A stretch of DNA of 64,000 bases from Macrostomum lignano (taxonomy: Eukaryota). Location of the stretch: NCBI GenBank assembly GCA_002269645.1, contig NIVC01002800.1:1-64000 (forward strand), written 5' to 3'. Under the pieces are notes generated by a model. The model saw only the letters and a list, made by a program, of their open reading frames with translations, was not told the origin of the DNA and did no database searches. Positions 26,321 through 39,281 of the stretch are shown here, piece after piece (positions within the stretch are counted from its first letter, which is position 1; every line of letters begins with the position of its first letter). The translations under genes and the position numbers were made by a program.

Positions 26321-27240
26321 CTGCAACTATAGGTGTAGCAGCTCTGCAACTGTAGGTGTAGCAGCTCTGCAACTGTGGGTGTAGCAGCTCTGCAACTGTA
26401 GGTGTAGCAGCTCTGCAACTGTGGGTGTAGCAGCTCTGCAACTGTAGGTGTAGCAGCTCTGCAACTGTAGGTGTAGCAGCTCTGCAACTGTAGGTGTAGC
26501 AGCTCTGCAACTGTAGGTGTAGCAGCTCTGCAACTGTAGGTGTAGCAGCTCTGCAACTGTAGGTGTAGCAGCTCTGCAACTATAGGTGTAGCAGCTCTGC
26601 AACTGTAGCAGCTCTGCAACTGTAGGGTGTAGCAGCTCTGCAACTGTAGGTGTAGCAGCTCTGCAACTGTAGGTGTAGCAGCTCTGCAACTGTAGGTGTA
26701 GCAGCTCTGCAACTATAGGTGTAGCAGCTCTGCAACTGTAGGTGTAGCAGCTCTGCAACTGTAGGTGTAGCAGCTTTGCAACTGTAGGGTGTAGCAGCTC
26801 TGCAACTGTTGTGTAGCAGCTTTGCAACTGTGGGTGTAGCAGCTCTGCAACTGTAGGTGTAGCAGCTCTGCAACTGTAGGTGTAGCAGCTCTGCAACTGT
26901 GGGTGTAGCAGCTCTGCAACTGTAGGTGTAGCAGCTCTGCAACTGTAGGTGTAGCAGCTCTGCAACTGTAGGTGTAGCAGCTCTGCAACTGTAGGTGTAG
27001 CAGCTCTGCAACTGTGGGTGTAGCAGCTCTGCAACTGTAGGTGTAGCAGCTCTGCAACTGTAGGTGTAGCAGCTCTGCAACTGTAGGTGTAGCAGCTCTG
27101 CAACTGTAGGTGTAGCAGCTCTGCAACTGTGGGTGTAGCAGCTCTGCAACTGTAGGTGTAGCAGCTCTGCAACTGTAGGTGTAGCAGCTCTGCAACTGTA
27201 GGTGTAGCAGCTCTGCATCTGTAGGTGTAGCAGCTCTGCC
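26321..27240. repeat. 23-bp minisatellite GGTGTAGCAGCTCTGCAACTGTA, about 40 copies
   Basis: Read directly. Confidence 0.97.
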
Positions 27241-28964
27241 ATTGTGCAGATCTGGCAAAGCCCACAACTGTAGCTGAGGTTCAGTCACAGCCGCCTCGCT
27301 CTGTCTTATCATCTTTTTCAGACCGAGTTCCAACCAACAGCTTCAAACTGTGCCGCTGCAATCCGTGCGGAGAAGCCAGCCAAACATTGCGCGAACATTG
27401 CTAATAGAGAAAAATGTGTATATATGTCTTTTAAAGAACTTACCTAATGCTCGTCGATGTTCTTGATTTTGGGGGCTTCAACATTCAACAACGCTCGTGG
27501 GGGGGGGGGGCAGAATCTGATTCTACAGGAATTGACAGCCTCAGTTGCTGCGTCCCCAGCACAAGTCTGCCTGTCTGTCTCTCCTGCCTCTCGCCCAAGC
27601 AGAAACAACTTGCATACGCCAAGAGATTCGGCAACATACCATCGCGTTTGACCAGTTCAGCCTTTTGCTTTTGCGTTGCCCTGAAGAAGTCAAAACTGAC
27701 CGAAAAAACCCCTATTATAACAAATCCTTCACTTTACTTTGCTTCATTTTTCTAACTAGTTTTTTGTCTCCGATTTCTTCTTAAGATCAATTTTTATCGA
27801 TGTGTGGATCTCGGGTCTGGACTTGGGACAGGCGCCGTTCTACAAACTGCAGTGTGTGTATTTGTGTGTGTGTGTGCGGCTACGGGAAATCAAAAGGTGG
27901 TGGTCGGAAAGTCTACTTAGAGAGAAAGGCTTCAACCTCCTCACCTTAGCCATTAAACTCCCGCTGGTTTTGCTAACTCTCACTCTCTCCCTCTCTCTCT
28001 TTCCCCCATTTCCCTCCCGGTGTTTTCCAACCCCTTTTAGTGGGCAAATCCGAACGGCGAGAGTGCTTCATAACTGATAACGCAGTCGACATTGCGATAA
28101 AAGAAAACAAAAACCGGGCCTTCCTTTCCAGCCTCCTCGGCCCTGCATCCGAATCTCCCCCCCCCCATCTCTCCACAATTCCGTATAGTATTCGGTGTTG
28201 CTTAAAAACCCACTTTTCCAAGAAAAATCCTATAAAAAAACAGTCGATCCCAGTGTGAAATTTTTTGAAGGCCCAATTTCGCTCCAAATTGCTATGGTTT
28301 AAGCAAGACAGGAATGCTTTTAATTGTTTTTTAGAACTAGCTGAATTTACAATAGTGCACTCGGCTTCTGAACCACCAGTGTGCATGTAAGATGCATGTT
28401 CGTTTGGCTAAAGGCTGATTGACAAGTTAACCTGTTTAAATTTGATTTTTAGAAACCACTGTGTTATTAGTACTAATTTTGGCGCCGCAGGCACTCACCT
28501 ACAAGGGCGCTCACCCAGGGTGTACAGCGGTCCTGACTTTCTAATCGTCAGACATGTACATATCTGTGACTCGGGAGGTTGGCCATCAAGAGCGTTTGCG
28601 TTGGGCATCCTCTCCGCGAATATTTATTTGTCTGTTTAGCTAAGCCACTGCACTGCAGGTTTTGCATTTATGTACAGAAATTGATGCAGTAAGTCTACTT
28701 TAATAACGCTGATATTTTGTTCTGACTAAATTTCAATTAGAGAAATCTTGTTTTTTTCTCAGCATCACAACAGACAACTGATTTTTGTCACTCATCATCA
28801 ATACTGATTAGCAATCTGTGTATTTTATGTTTTGGTAACCTTCAATAGTTGTTTAATATTTAGTATATGGATTTCATACGAAATAATAAACTGCATTCAT
28901 TGTTTTGTAAATTTCAGCTAACGTTATTATATTTCTGTTCGCTTCTTTTGCACTGTTAACTGCC

Positions 28965-29675
28965 CTATCTCACCCTGTCAGTATCTCACTCTGACAGTAT
29001 CTCACCCTGTCAGTATCTCACCCTGACAGTATCTCACCCTGACAGTATCTTACCCTGTCAGTATCTCACCCTGACAGTATCTCACCCTGTCAGTATCTCA
29101 CCCTGTCAGTATCTCACCCTGTCAGTATCTTACCCTGTCAGTATCTCACCCTGTCAGTATCTCACCCTGAAAGTATCTCACTCTGTCAGTATCTCACCCT
29201 GACAGTATCTCACCCTGACAGTATCTCACCCTGTCAGTATCTTACCCTGACAGTATCTCACTCTGACAGTATCTCACCCTGTCAGTATCTCACCCTGACA
29301 GTATCTCACCCTGACAGTATCTCACCCTGACAGTATCTCACCCTGACAGTATCTCACCCTGACAGTATCTCACCCTGTCAGTATCTCACCCTGTCAGTAT
29401 CTCACCCTGTCAGTATCTCACCCTGAAAGTATCTCACTCTGTCAGTATCTCACCCTGACAGTATCTCACCCTGTCAGTATCTTACCCTGTCAGTATCTCA
29501 CCCTGACAGTATCTCACCCTGACAGTATCTCACCCTGTCAGTATCTCACCCTGACAGTATCTCACCCTGTCAGTATCTCACCCTGTCAGTATCTCACCCT
29601 GACAGTATCTCACCCTGTCAGTATCTCACCCTGACAGTATCTCACCCTGTCAGTAGCTCACCCTGTCAGTATCTC
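28965..29675. repeat. 16-bp minisatellite TCACCCTG(T/A)CAGTATC, about 44 copies
   Basis: Read directly. Confidence 0.97.
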
Positions 29676-30231
29676 ACCTACACCATGAACCGAATTAATT
29701 CTAACTGTAGGCCCATCAGCCTCAACCTTTTCCCTTCGCAGCTTCCAGCCTTTATCTCTCCCCACCTCCGGCTCACTAATATCCTGCATTTGCGCATGTG
29801 CGCAGTTATTTGAAAATGTCAGTTTCAGAAAAAATTCGAGGTTGAACTCGATTCTACGCCGACAGAAAAGTTTCTCGATTATTCGCAATTTTTCCTCGAA
29901 AAGAATGATTGAATATCAATTTAAAAGTAATTTGGATTGAAGACAAGTCTCTATTTCAATAGTATTTTCATTCTTTAACTTCGAAAGTTAAATAATTCTT
30001 TAAATAATTATTATTTGGCAGACAATATCCAGCCTTCTTGTTTGAAGAAGATATTGATGCCATGTTGGCTAATCTCCAAGACAATTTATGAAATCTTTCT
30101 CAACACGCGTGAAAGTCCTGTTTTTGTAAACAAGGTTTTAAGCGAATGCTATCCATGATGCACATTGCGATTGAGGCCTTGCTTGTGTTTAGGATGTTCA
30201 AAGTGATTAGGATGTTTGCTTTTAGTATCCT

Positions 30232-30880
30232 TGTGTTTATGATGTTTGTGTTTATGATGTTTGTGTTTATGATGTTTGTGTTTATGATGTTTGTGTTTAT
30301 GATGTTTGTGTTTATGACGTTTGTGTTTATGATGTTTGTGTTTATGATGTTTGTGTTTATGATGTTTGTGTTTATGATGTTTGTGTTTATGACATTTGTG
30401 TTTATGATGTTTGCTTTTAGTATGCTTGTGTTTATGATGTTTGTGTTTATGATGTTTGCTTTTAGTATGCTTGTGTTTATGACGTTTGTGTTTATGATGT
30501 TTGTGTTTATGACGTTTGTGTTTATGATGTTTGTGTTCATGATGTTTGTGTTTATGATGTTTGTGTTTATGACGTTTGTGTTTATGATGTTTGCTTTTAG
30601 TATGCTTGTGTTTATGATGTTTGTGTTTATGATGTTTGCTTTTAGTATGCTTGTGTTTATGACGTTTGTGTTTATGATGTTTGTGTTTATGACGTTTGTG
30701 TTTATGATGTTTGTGTTTATGATGCTTGTGTTTATGACGTTTGTGTTTATGACGTTTGTGTTTATGATGTTTGTGTTTATGATGTTTGTGTTTATGACGT
30801 TTGTGTTTATGACGTTTGTGTTTATGATGTTTGTGTTTATGATGTTTGTGTTTAAGATGTTTGTGTTTATGATGTTTGTA
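30232..30880. repeat. 15-bp minisatellite GTTTATGATGTTTGT
   Basis: Read directly; source of the His/Lys-rich ORF artefact. Confidence 0.95.
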
Positions 30881-31001
30881 TTTAGGACGGCTGTGAGGAC
30901 CACTGGACAAACCATTGGTGTCTAGAGGTAAACATACGTATGTAAGGACCACTGAAGTCACTTCGTTTCTTCTTAATTAAGTCCTTGAACGTATGTCAGT
31001 G

Positions 31002-31305
31002 CGTCTAGAGACAAACATATCCGTATGTCAAGATGTCTAGAGACAAACATATCCGTATGTCAAGATGTCTAGAGACAAACTCATTCGTATGTCAAGATGT
31101 CTAGAGACAAACGCATTCGTATGTCAAGATGTCTAGAGACAAACGCATTCGTATGTCAAGATGTCTAGAGACAAACGCATCCGTATGTCAAGATGTCTAG
31201 AGACAAACGCATCCGTATGTCAAGATGTCTAGAGACAAACGCATCCGTATGTCAAGATGTCTAGAGACTAACATATCAGTATGTCAAGATGTCTAGAGAC
31301 AAACT
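31002..31305. repeat. 32-bp minisatellite GTCTAGAGACAAACGCATCCGTATGTCAAGAT, about 9 copies
   Basis: Read directly; contiguous units with no spacers. Confidence 0.93.
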
Positions 31306-32466
31306 TATTGTCTATTTCTATAGTTAAAGAAAATTCAAAGAGCCAGCAGCCAGCATCAGGCGCGGCAGACGGTAGTTTGCAAAATCGGTGATTAAAACGA
31401 TTGGAATAATACGATCTATGAAATACCAAACGACCGTACTTGTTTATTTTATCAGCTACCTACCGACTTGTCACTGCATGGCTGCCAAAAGATAAATTGT
31501 GACAGGTTGTAACATAGCAAACGTTTGTCTGGTCTGCTTCGGCGCAAACTTTTCTATAGCTATAGAGCGTCTAGGCTCGGACAAGAAATGATGCAGCTAG
31601 TTGCCAAGCGTAACTGTGACAGAGTGTAGATCGCTGAATAATGAATGCATTGGGTATATCTCTAGCTAGCAGACTGAGTGTCAATATGGTTGCAGCAGTG
31701 TATACACAGTATCCGCGTCACTAATATTCGTACAAGAGAGGAGAAGCAGTATATTAAATTCCTAGTTGTCCAATGGTTACACATCTTTTTGGTTGCCAGA
31801 CCCCCCCCCCTCGCGTGCTGCTGCAAATCCTCTCGGATACGGCCGTTCGGGGCACAAGATTTGCGGACTTATGCCGCGTGCGTGTGCGGCTTGGGGATTC
31901 GGGAAGGCGATGGTGATGTACAGACCATCCAGAGATCGTGATCCCTATTTGTACCAGACGGCCTATATATGCGGAACTGCATTGGGGATTCAGTGAGGTT
32001 GCGCCCGGGACCAGTGGGGGTCGAAGGAGATGACTCCGCGGCTATTCAGATACGGGCTGAGGGGAGGTGCGGGTGTAGTGGAGGGGGATGGAAATCTTGC
32101 AGAAAATCTGCAGGCTGGCATGTATATAGGCATGCCTATTGAAAGATGGTGCCGGGGGGACGCCGCGCACACACACACTGCCAGCTGGCAAGCTAGGAAT
32201 CTGAATGATGCGCTGCCGTTTTTGGCGCGTCTTTGGGCCAAGCCTATAGCCGTGGCATTTGCTCGGTTAAAGCTCGCGGTATGGCCGCTATTGGGATTAT
32301 TGTCGTTTTGGAATTGATCGGCATGCTTCCGCTAGCATAGCAGCAGAGATGCGGAAGGAACGCAAACACACCTTCATATATTTATCTTTTTTATTGTTAT
32401 TTAATCAACTTGATCCCTATACTTTCATTTCTCTCTCTCTCTTCCCATCTTAGTATATTTAGCATA

Positions 32467-33094
32467 CCTTGGTGCTGGCGCCCCTTGGTGCTGGCGCCCC
32501 TTGGTGCTGGCGCCCCTTGGTGCTGGCGCCCCTTGGTGCTGGCGCCCCTTGGTGCTGGCGCCCCTTGGTGCTGGCGCCCCTTGGTGCTGGCGCCCCTTGG
32601 TGCTGGCGCCCCTTGGTGCTGGCGCCCCTTGGTGCTGGCGCCCCTTGGTGCTGGCGCCCCTTGGTGCTGGCGCCCCTTGGTGCTGGCGCCCCTTGGTGCT
32701 GGCGCCCCTTGGTGCTGGCGCCCCTTGGTGCTGGCGCCCCTTGGTGCTGGCGCCCCTTGGTGCTGGCGCCCCTTGGTGCTGGCGCCCCTTGGTGCTGGCG
32801 CCCCTTGGTGCTGGCGCCCCTTGGTGCTGGCGCCCCTTGGTGCTGGCGCCCCTTGGTGCTGGCGCCCCTTGGTGCTGGCGCCCCTTGGTGCTGGCGCCCC
32901 TTGGTGCTGGCGCCCCTTGGTGCTGGCGCCCCTTGGTGCTGGCGCCCCTTGGTGCTGGCGCCCCTTGGTGCTGGCGCCCCTTGGTGCTGGCGCCCCTTGG
33001 TGCTGGCGCCCCTTGGTGCTGGCGCCCCTTGGTGCTGGCGCCCCTTGGTGCTGGCGCCCCTTGGTGCTGGCGCCCCTTGGTGCTGGCGCCCCTT
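32467..33094. repeat. Perfect 16-bp minisatellite CCTTGGTGCTGGCGCC, 39 copies
   Basis: Read directly; 628 bp, no variant unit seen. Confidence 0.98.
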
Positions 33095-36000
33095 ATGTGT
33101 AATAACAATACGATCGTAATAATACGTCGTGTAAATGGCATTTCTCTATAATTTCTACATTTTATTAAAGGCTGCTTTTGATGTTAAGTTTACGTGTCGA
33201 AATTATTTGGGGATAAAGCTACTTACTCTTGAGAATTTCATGGAATTATTATTATTGCAATCAATTAATATGCTCGTATTAATCAGCAGTCGCGGGCATG
33301 TTTTAAATTTTTTAATGCTGAAACGCGTACCGCAGCAGCGTCGACCAAGGCTGAGGATGTAAACATAAATCGCGCTACATCTGATGTCGGTCACGTATAG
33401 ACTGCCAATCATTAATAAAAATCTTTTTAGGAGGCTAGGTGTAGCATATGTGTAATAATAGGTGGTTACATGTACATGTATAGTAATATCGTAGCAAATA
33501 TTGAGGCTCAGTAACCAGCTTTCATGCGCGCACATGTACTATTACATTACACACGTACTATTGTATACGTCTAGCTAGGTACATGTACATTTATAAAGTG
33601 ATCCACCAACACGGCACCAAAGCCCCACCGTGAACGTTCTATACAATAAAAGTGCATGTACTTTAAAGTACATCTTGCATGTGTTGTAACTAGCATTAGC
33701 ATAAAGTTCAAAGCTGCATGGACTCGTCGTATAATTGCGTAATAAATGTTACAAATGTGACAATTACATGTAATATGCATCAATCAGCTTTTAAAACATA
33801 CAGTGTACATACAGTGAAATCAAATGTCATCGAAGTACACTAAACCAAGCACTTCAAATCGAAAATCGACAATCCAAAAATCTATGGCAATAGCAGTGCC
33901 CTGCAGCTTCCACTGCCATAGAACTGCATGCAAGCATTTGATCATAAGACAAAGCCAATCAAGTTGAAGAACAGCTAGTTAGTCAATTAGTAAATAGCTT
34001 GTAATTCTGAGAAGTAAGAATTGCGAGAGCATTTTTCATGTACACGATTTTAAGAACAGTACGCTAGCCGCTTGTGGAGAAATAGAATTAACAGTTACGT
34101 GCATGTATATGTTAGCAGTAAATATACATGTACAGGTACAGTTTTTAAGTAATAAAATCGTTATCCTCGAATTAAAACAATCGTCTCTAAAAAGATGAAA
34201 AGATTTAAAACATGCACCAGACTCAATTAAAATTAAGCATTCAAAATTCCATATAAAAAGTTGTTATCTTTGCATTAAAAATTGATTATTTACAATATTT
34301 GTTTCTATGAAATTTTTTAAACGCCAAACTAGTCCCCGGCATCGATCATCTGAATCTAACACGCGAGACGACGATGAGTAAAAGGTATAAAGTAATTTTG
34401 TCGATTTCAAAACTAAGGCGTAGGCGCATTAGTCTAATTGGCATAGAGTCCATAGACCAACCAAGGCTAGCATCTTGGGCTAGAGCCAGCCATTTAGTTA
34501 GGCCTAGGCCTATTTGACCTAAATTCGACCCAGTCCCCTGGCCGCCTGGCATAATTAGGCCGGCCCTATCATTTAATATTTGTTTATATAAGGGATTGAC
34601 AAAATATTAAAAATAAAGTTTCCTATCTAGGGTCTAGGCGGCTAGATCATATGTATGCACTATGTCTATCTATAACCAACCAATCATATAGGCCTATTTA
34701 TAGTAACAACTGTTAATGTTATTATGACATGACATTACATGGGCCTAGGGATTAGGATTTGCATTTGGAAAATATGAAGTTTTATATTTTACTTGTAACT
34801 CAAAAATACTGAGTAGTAGTAGTGCATATTTTCCTATAATCAATCACAGAGCTAGGTACTATTCTCAAGATCATGTGACATGTTTGCGCCATAAATTTCT
34901 GGCGCATATTTGTATCAGTTGGCACACTGAACTTGCACAAGTTGCACATACTCATACTTGGCACTAGGGATGCAAAAATACCAGACTTTCCCAAAACCGG
35001 GATCCTGGTATTCAATACCGGAATTTTGCCAATACCAGTTTTGAATACCAGTATTCAATAGCTTTTTTCATATTTTGGCTCCCAAATTTCAAAAATGTCA
35101 AATTTTATTGCATTTTACCTATTATTTTTGTATTGTGTATCTTTTGAATGCATTATAAATCATTTACTGAATCATCCTGAATTTTAAATCCAATCAATTT
35201 GTGAAGTAGTAGTAATTGTTTGTATAGTAGTTATCATTTTAGTAGCTTTTTACTAGCCTTAGGTCTACCTTATTGTTTTATTGTCTTGTTCGTATGTATT
35301 TAAATTGATTTGAGAGTAAGCTTTGGGGCTAGGAGATTTCATATTCTACTCATTGCTAGCATACTTGGCGCACTATTTATGTTGCCTTCTTCTTAATGGT
35401 GCATAGAAATATATGCCACTTCTGGTGCACACGTAATATGATTTTGATTAGGTCCATGGATAGGGTGGTGGGCCCTAAGTAAAAACATATTTTTTATTAT
35501 ATTTTGTTAAAGATCTAGTCCTCAGCTTATGCCCAATGTTATAATGGTTTACAATAGGCCCTAATTATAATAAGATTATCTAAAAACAGCTTAAAAGTAT
35601 TTTTTAAATTTTTGAATAGGCTTAAAATAAAAAAAATTAAAAAAAAATCTTACAATTCTATTTCAAAATTTGTAGTTTGTGTTAGTTGGTCTTAATTCAT
35701 TACACACAACTATATAATATAAATAGTCAGCAATTGCAAACTGCTTACTATATTATATTCAATTTATATTATATATCTTGGCTGGCACTCTATTGTATTC
35801 TTAGCCAATGACAATTGCTATGGTACTGCCTATTGTTTAAGCTAGCTATACAAAGCCAAAGAAATATTCCTTGATTAGATGCTTGCTTGATAGGCCATTT
35901 TCCTTTTGAACAAACCTAATAGAAATAGCTAGTTACTTAAGGCAAAAGACATCTATAATTTTGTCTATTATTATTATGACCATTTGGGATTTGTTAGCAT

Positions 36001-36450
36001 CCTTGATAATACACTACTAAAGCTATTGTCCAATAATTGATATAAGTTCATTTTGCACCTGTGGGCTCACAGATAGTACCATAATGCTTCAGTTTATTGA
36101 GATACCCTGCTAGTTCCACATCTCTAGAGGTTGCCTTTGATTGAAATAAGGCTTGAAATTTGCCTTCTATAGATTCTATGTCAAAATCTGAAGATGGACA
36201 ACATAGAGGCTTATCCTCACAATGACCAAAAGTGGCAATTCTACATCAAATCAAAGTCAAGACAATGCGTTACAGTCATTTCCTATTGTTGGCTATTTTA
36301 GCTATCAGTGCCTTGTCCTAAAGCTAGATGTTCAGCTGTTGACTACTCCTGTACTAACATAAAGTTAATGGCTGTCTCCTTTGCAAACTTATGATAATGA
36401 GTTTTATTATGAGTCCTGACACCTTTGCTAGCCTTAAAAATATGTTTTAG

Positions 36451-37901
36451 TAGTGTTTTGCCATAAGGGGGGTCCATATGCTATAGCCATAGCCGTAAGC
36501 AAAACTATGGCTTCTTCTAATTCTCTGTATTCTGTAGCTATAGGGATCCCAATATTACCATATTCCCATAGTTCCCTTTAGCCATAGCCATAGTTTTGAC
36601 AAAAAGTCTAGGAAATAAAGTAATTTAAATCAGGAGCATAACTTGGTACTTAAACAATTACAAATAAAGGTAGAAACTCAAACTAACACTTCCCGCTGGA
36701 AAATAGGGACAGATATTTGGTTCGGATATAGCATATCCAGATCCAGATAGAGGCACTTTTCCAAATGAACGGCCAGATATGTCCAGATATGACATTTTAT
36801 CCAAACTATATCCGGACAAGTCATATCCAGACGAATATCCGGATTATCACCTGGATATATGACTTATCTGGACAAAAATTTCTGGACTTTTCATCCGGAT
36901 GCCAAACCTCTTGGTTCGGATACTCTACTATATCTGGACAAGTCGTATCCGGACAAATATCCAGATTATCACCTGGATATATGACTTATCCGGACAAAAA
37001 TTTCGTTTAACTACTTGTTTTCCACAAACTCTCTAATTAGCATTTGATCATATTTGACGATTTTCCTGTTACTTGTTTATTTCCTTGTTTTTTAATAATA
37101 TCATTACACTTCTGTTAGCATCAAATATATATCAACAACAACATATAATAACATTCTTTCCCTTTTTGTCAACTAAAATGCACAAAAGAATTGCTACAAT
37201 TTATTCATTTGAATTAACAGAATCTATCCTTAAGAGCGAAGCAGCAGATTATGCTGCATTATCCTTTGGAAAACTAAATTAATGTGAAAATTGGCACGAT
37301 ATAGCTGGATACATTTCTGGACTTACATCCGGATTCAATGCACATATCCGGATGTTTTGTCCGGATACAGAACTACAATATCCGAACAAAGCATCTGGAT
37401 ATGTAAAGTTGGCGTCACTTATCCGAAGAAACGACCAGATATTCTCCCACTGAACAGATGCAGAGAATATCCGGCCAAAATAAAAAAATCCGAACCAAAA
37501 TCTTGCCCTATTTTCCAGCGGGTTGATTGCCTTTTGTAAGATCACATTTCAATCTCTCTACTACTGAAATTACCACTACTAAACTTTTTAACATTAATAA
37601 AAGTAAGCATTTGCTAGTGTTTTATTGTACTATATTAAGTATAATTTTTATGTTTTTGAATCTATGATGCAGTTTTGTACTAAATATCAGTTTTATTTTG
37701 CCTCTTTCTAATATTTATTAATTTTTTTAAATTTATAACTACAGCTGCAGTAATCTATGGAATGGGACTGCAATTACCATATTTCCGTAGTTGTAGCCAT
37801 AAGAGCAGCTATCTACTGTAGGTGTATCTGTAGCTGCTGTAGGCAACTATTTTACCATATTTGCCATAGGATCCCATAGCCATAGCTATGGCGGAACACT
37901 A
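36451..37901. mobile_element. Non-autonomous hAT-like element (MITE) carrying a nested insertion
   Basis: TIRs TAGTGTTTTGCCATA and TATGGCGGAACACTA (15 bp, 2 mismatches). Subterminal CCATAGC/GCTATGG repeats at both ends. Right flank GTTTATAG versus left GTTTTAG fits an 8-bp TSD with one deletion. Confidence 0.6.
36692..37522. mobile_element. Non-autonomous DNA transposon with about 35-bp TIRs (CMC/EnSpm-like)
   Basis: Left end CCCGCTGGAAAATAGGGACAGATATTTGGTTCGGAT. Right end reverse-complemented CCCGCTGGAAAATAGGGCAAGATTTTGGTTCGGAT. TT on both flanks (candidate 2-bp TSD). Dense subterminal ATCCGGA repeats. Superfamily assignment is inference. Confidence 0.75.
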
Positions 37902-38117
37902 GTTTATAGTCCTTGAAAGTGGTATGAAATGGTACCTCATGTATCAAAACTAGCCATGATTTGATTAGTATTGTGTTCATTTTTATAGTGAATGGCAGCT
38001 ATCTACATGTAACTCATAATATTATTATAAATAAAAACTTATCTTATCATGTCTTATACAACAAAACCTGACAATTGTTTATTAATGCCTACAATGAATT
38101 TTTAAGCTCTATTCAAA

Positions 38118-38258
38118 ATGAGTGAGGAGATGAATGAAATTCAAAAAGTATTTCAAGATGAGGTGCACAAACAAATTGGCCTAATTGACAAACAGTACCT
38201 ACGCAAACTGCAAGCAGACACATTTCGCTGCTCAATTCGTTGCGTTGAAGATGTTCAG
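38118..38258 (+). CDS. FAM136A: FAM136A exon 1
   Basis: MSEEMNEIQ...YLRKLQADTFRCSIRCVED resembles human IRKMQGLMFRCSASCCED. Donor CAG|GTTAGT, phase 0. Confidence 0.88.
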
Positions 38259-38469
38259 GTTAGTAGCTGGCAGATAAGTATTTCAATTATGTTTAGTATC
38301 TGGTTGTCTTATTTTAAGAAAGTTATTGCTGCTGTCAAGTAGTTCTTTAACATTTGACACTATAGATTGACTAAAGATGGAATTGTGAATTGTTAATTTT
38401 AATGATAAATCCGAAATTAATTTGTTGATAAATGGTAAATTATATATTTATTACCTATTCTAATTTTCT

Positions 38470-39275
38470 AACTCTTAATAATCCGATTGTCCTTAATATC
38501 TAATCCCGGTTCGTTAATCCTTAGTTGCTAGTCCCGAATGGCTAATCCTTAATAGCAAATCCCAATCTTTTTATCCTTAACTGCTAATCCCGATCCGTTA
38601 ATCCTTATTAGCAAATCCCAATCCGTTAATCCTTATTAGCAAATCCCAATCTTTTTATCCTTAACTGCTAATCCCGATCCGTTAATCCTTATTAGCAAAT
38701 CTCAATCCGTTAATCCTTAATAGCAAATCCCAATCTTTTTATCCTTAACTGCTAATCCCGATCCGTTAATCCTTATTAGCAAATCCCAATCCGTTAATCC
38801 TTAATAGCAAATCCCAATCTTTTTATCCTTAACTGCTAATCCCGATCCGTTAATCCTTATTAGCAAATCCCAATCCGTTAATCCTTAATAGCAAATCCCA
38901 ATCTTTTTATCCTTAACTGCTAATCCCGATCCGTTAATCCTTATTAGCAAATCCCAATCCGTTAATCCTTAATAGCAAATCCCAATCTTTTTATCCTTAA
39001 CTGCTAATCCCTATCCGTTAATTTGTCAATTTCTAATCCCAATCTTTTTATCCTTAACTGCTAATCCCAATCGGTTTATCCTTAATCCTGAAAAGCTAAT
39101 CCCGATTGGTTAATCCTCTTTCTAATCCCAATCCGTTAATCCTCAATTGCTAATCCCGATTCGTTAATCCTTCATCGCTATTCCCAACTTCGCTAATCCC
39201 CAATGCCTAATCCCAACATCGCTAATCCCCAATGCCTAATCCCAACATCGCTAACCCCCAATGCCTAATCCCAAA
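38470..39275. repeat. FAM136A intron array: 28-bp AATCCC-core subunits in an 84-bp higher-order repeat, then 27-bp units
   Basis: CTTTTTATCC recurs every 84 bp from 38567 to 38987. Confidence 0.92.
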
Positions 39276-39281
39276 TCGCAG

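Noticed and set aside
31002-31305. CRISPR-like array (32-bp repeat with internal palindrome)
   Set aside because: Units are contiguous with no unique spacers, there are no cas genes, and the context is eukaryotic. The same applies to the arrays at 431, 45075 and 52975.
34965-35060. hAT-like left end TAGGGATGCAAAAATACC with ATACC subterminal repeats
   Set aside because: No convincing matching right TIR or TSD found (only a weak match near 35990-36007).
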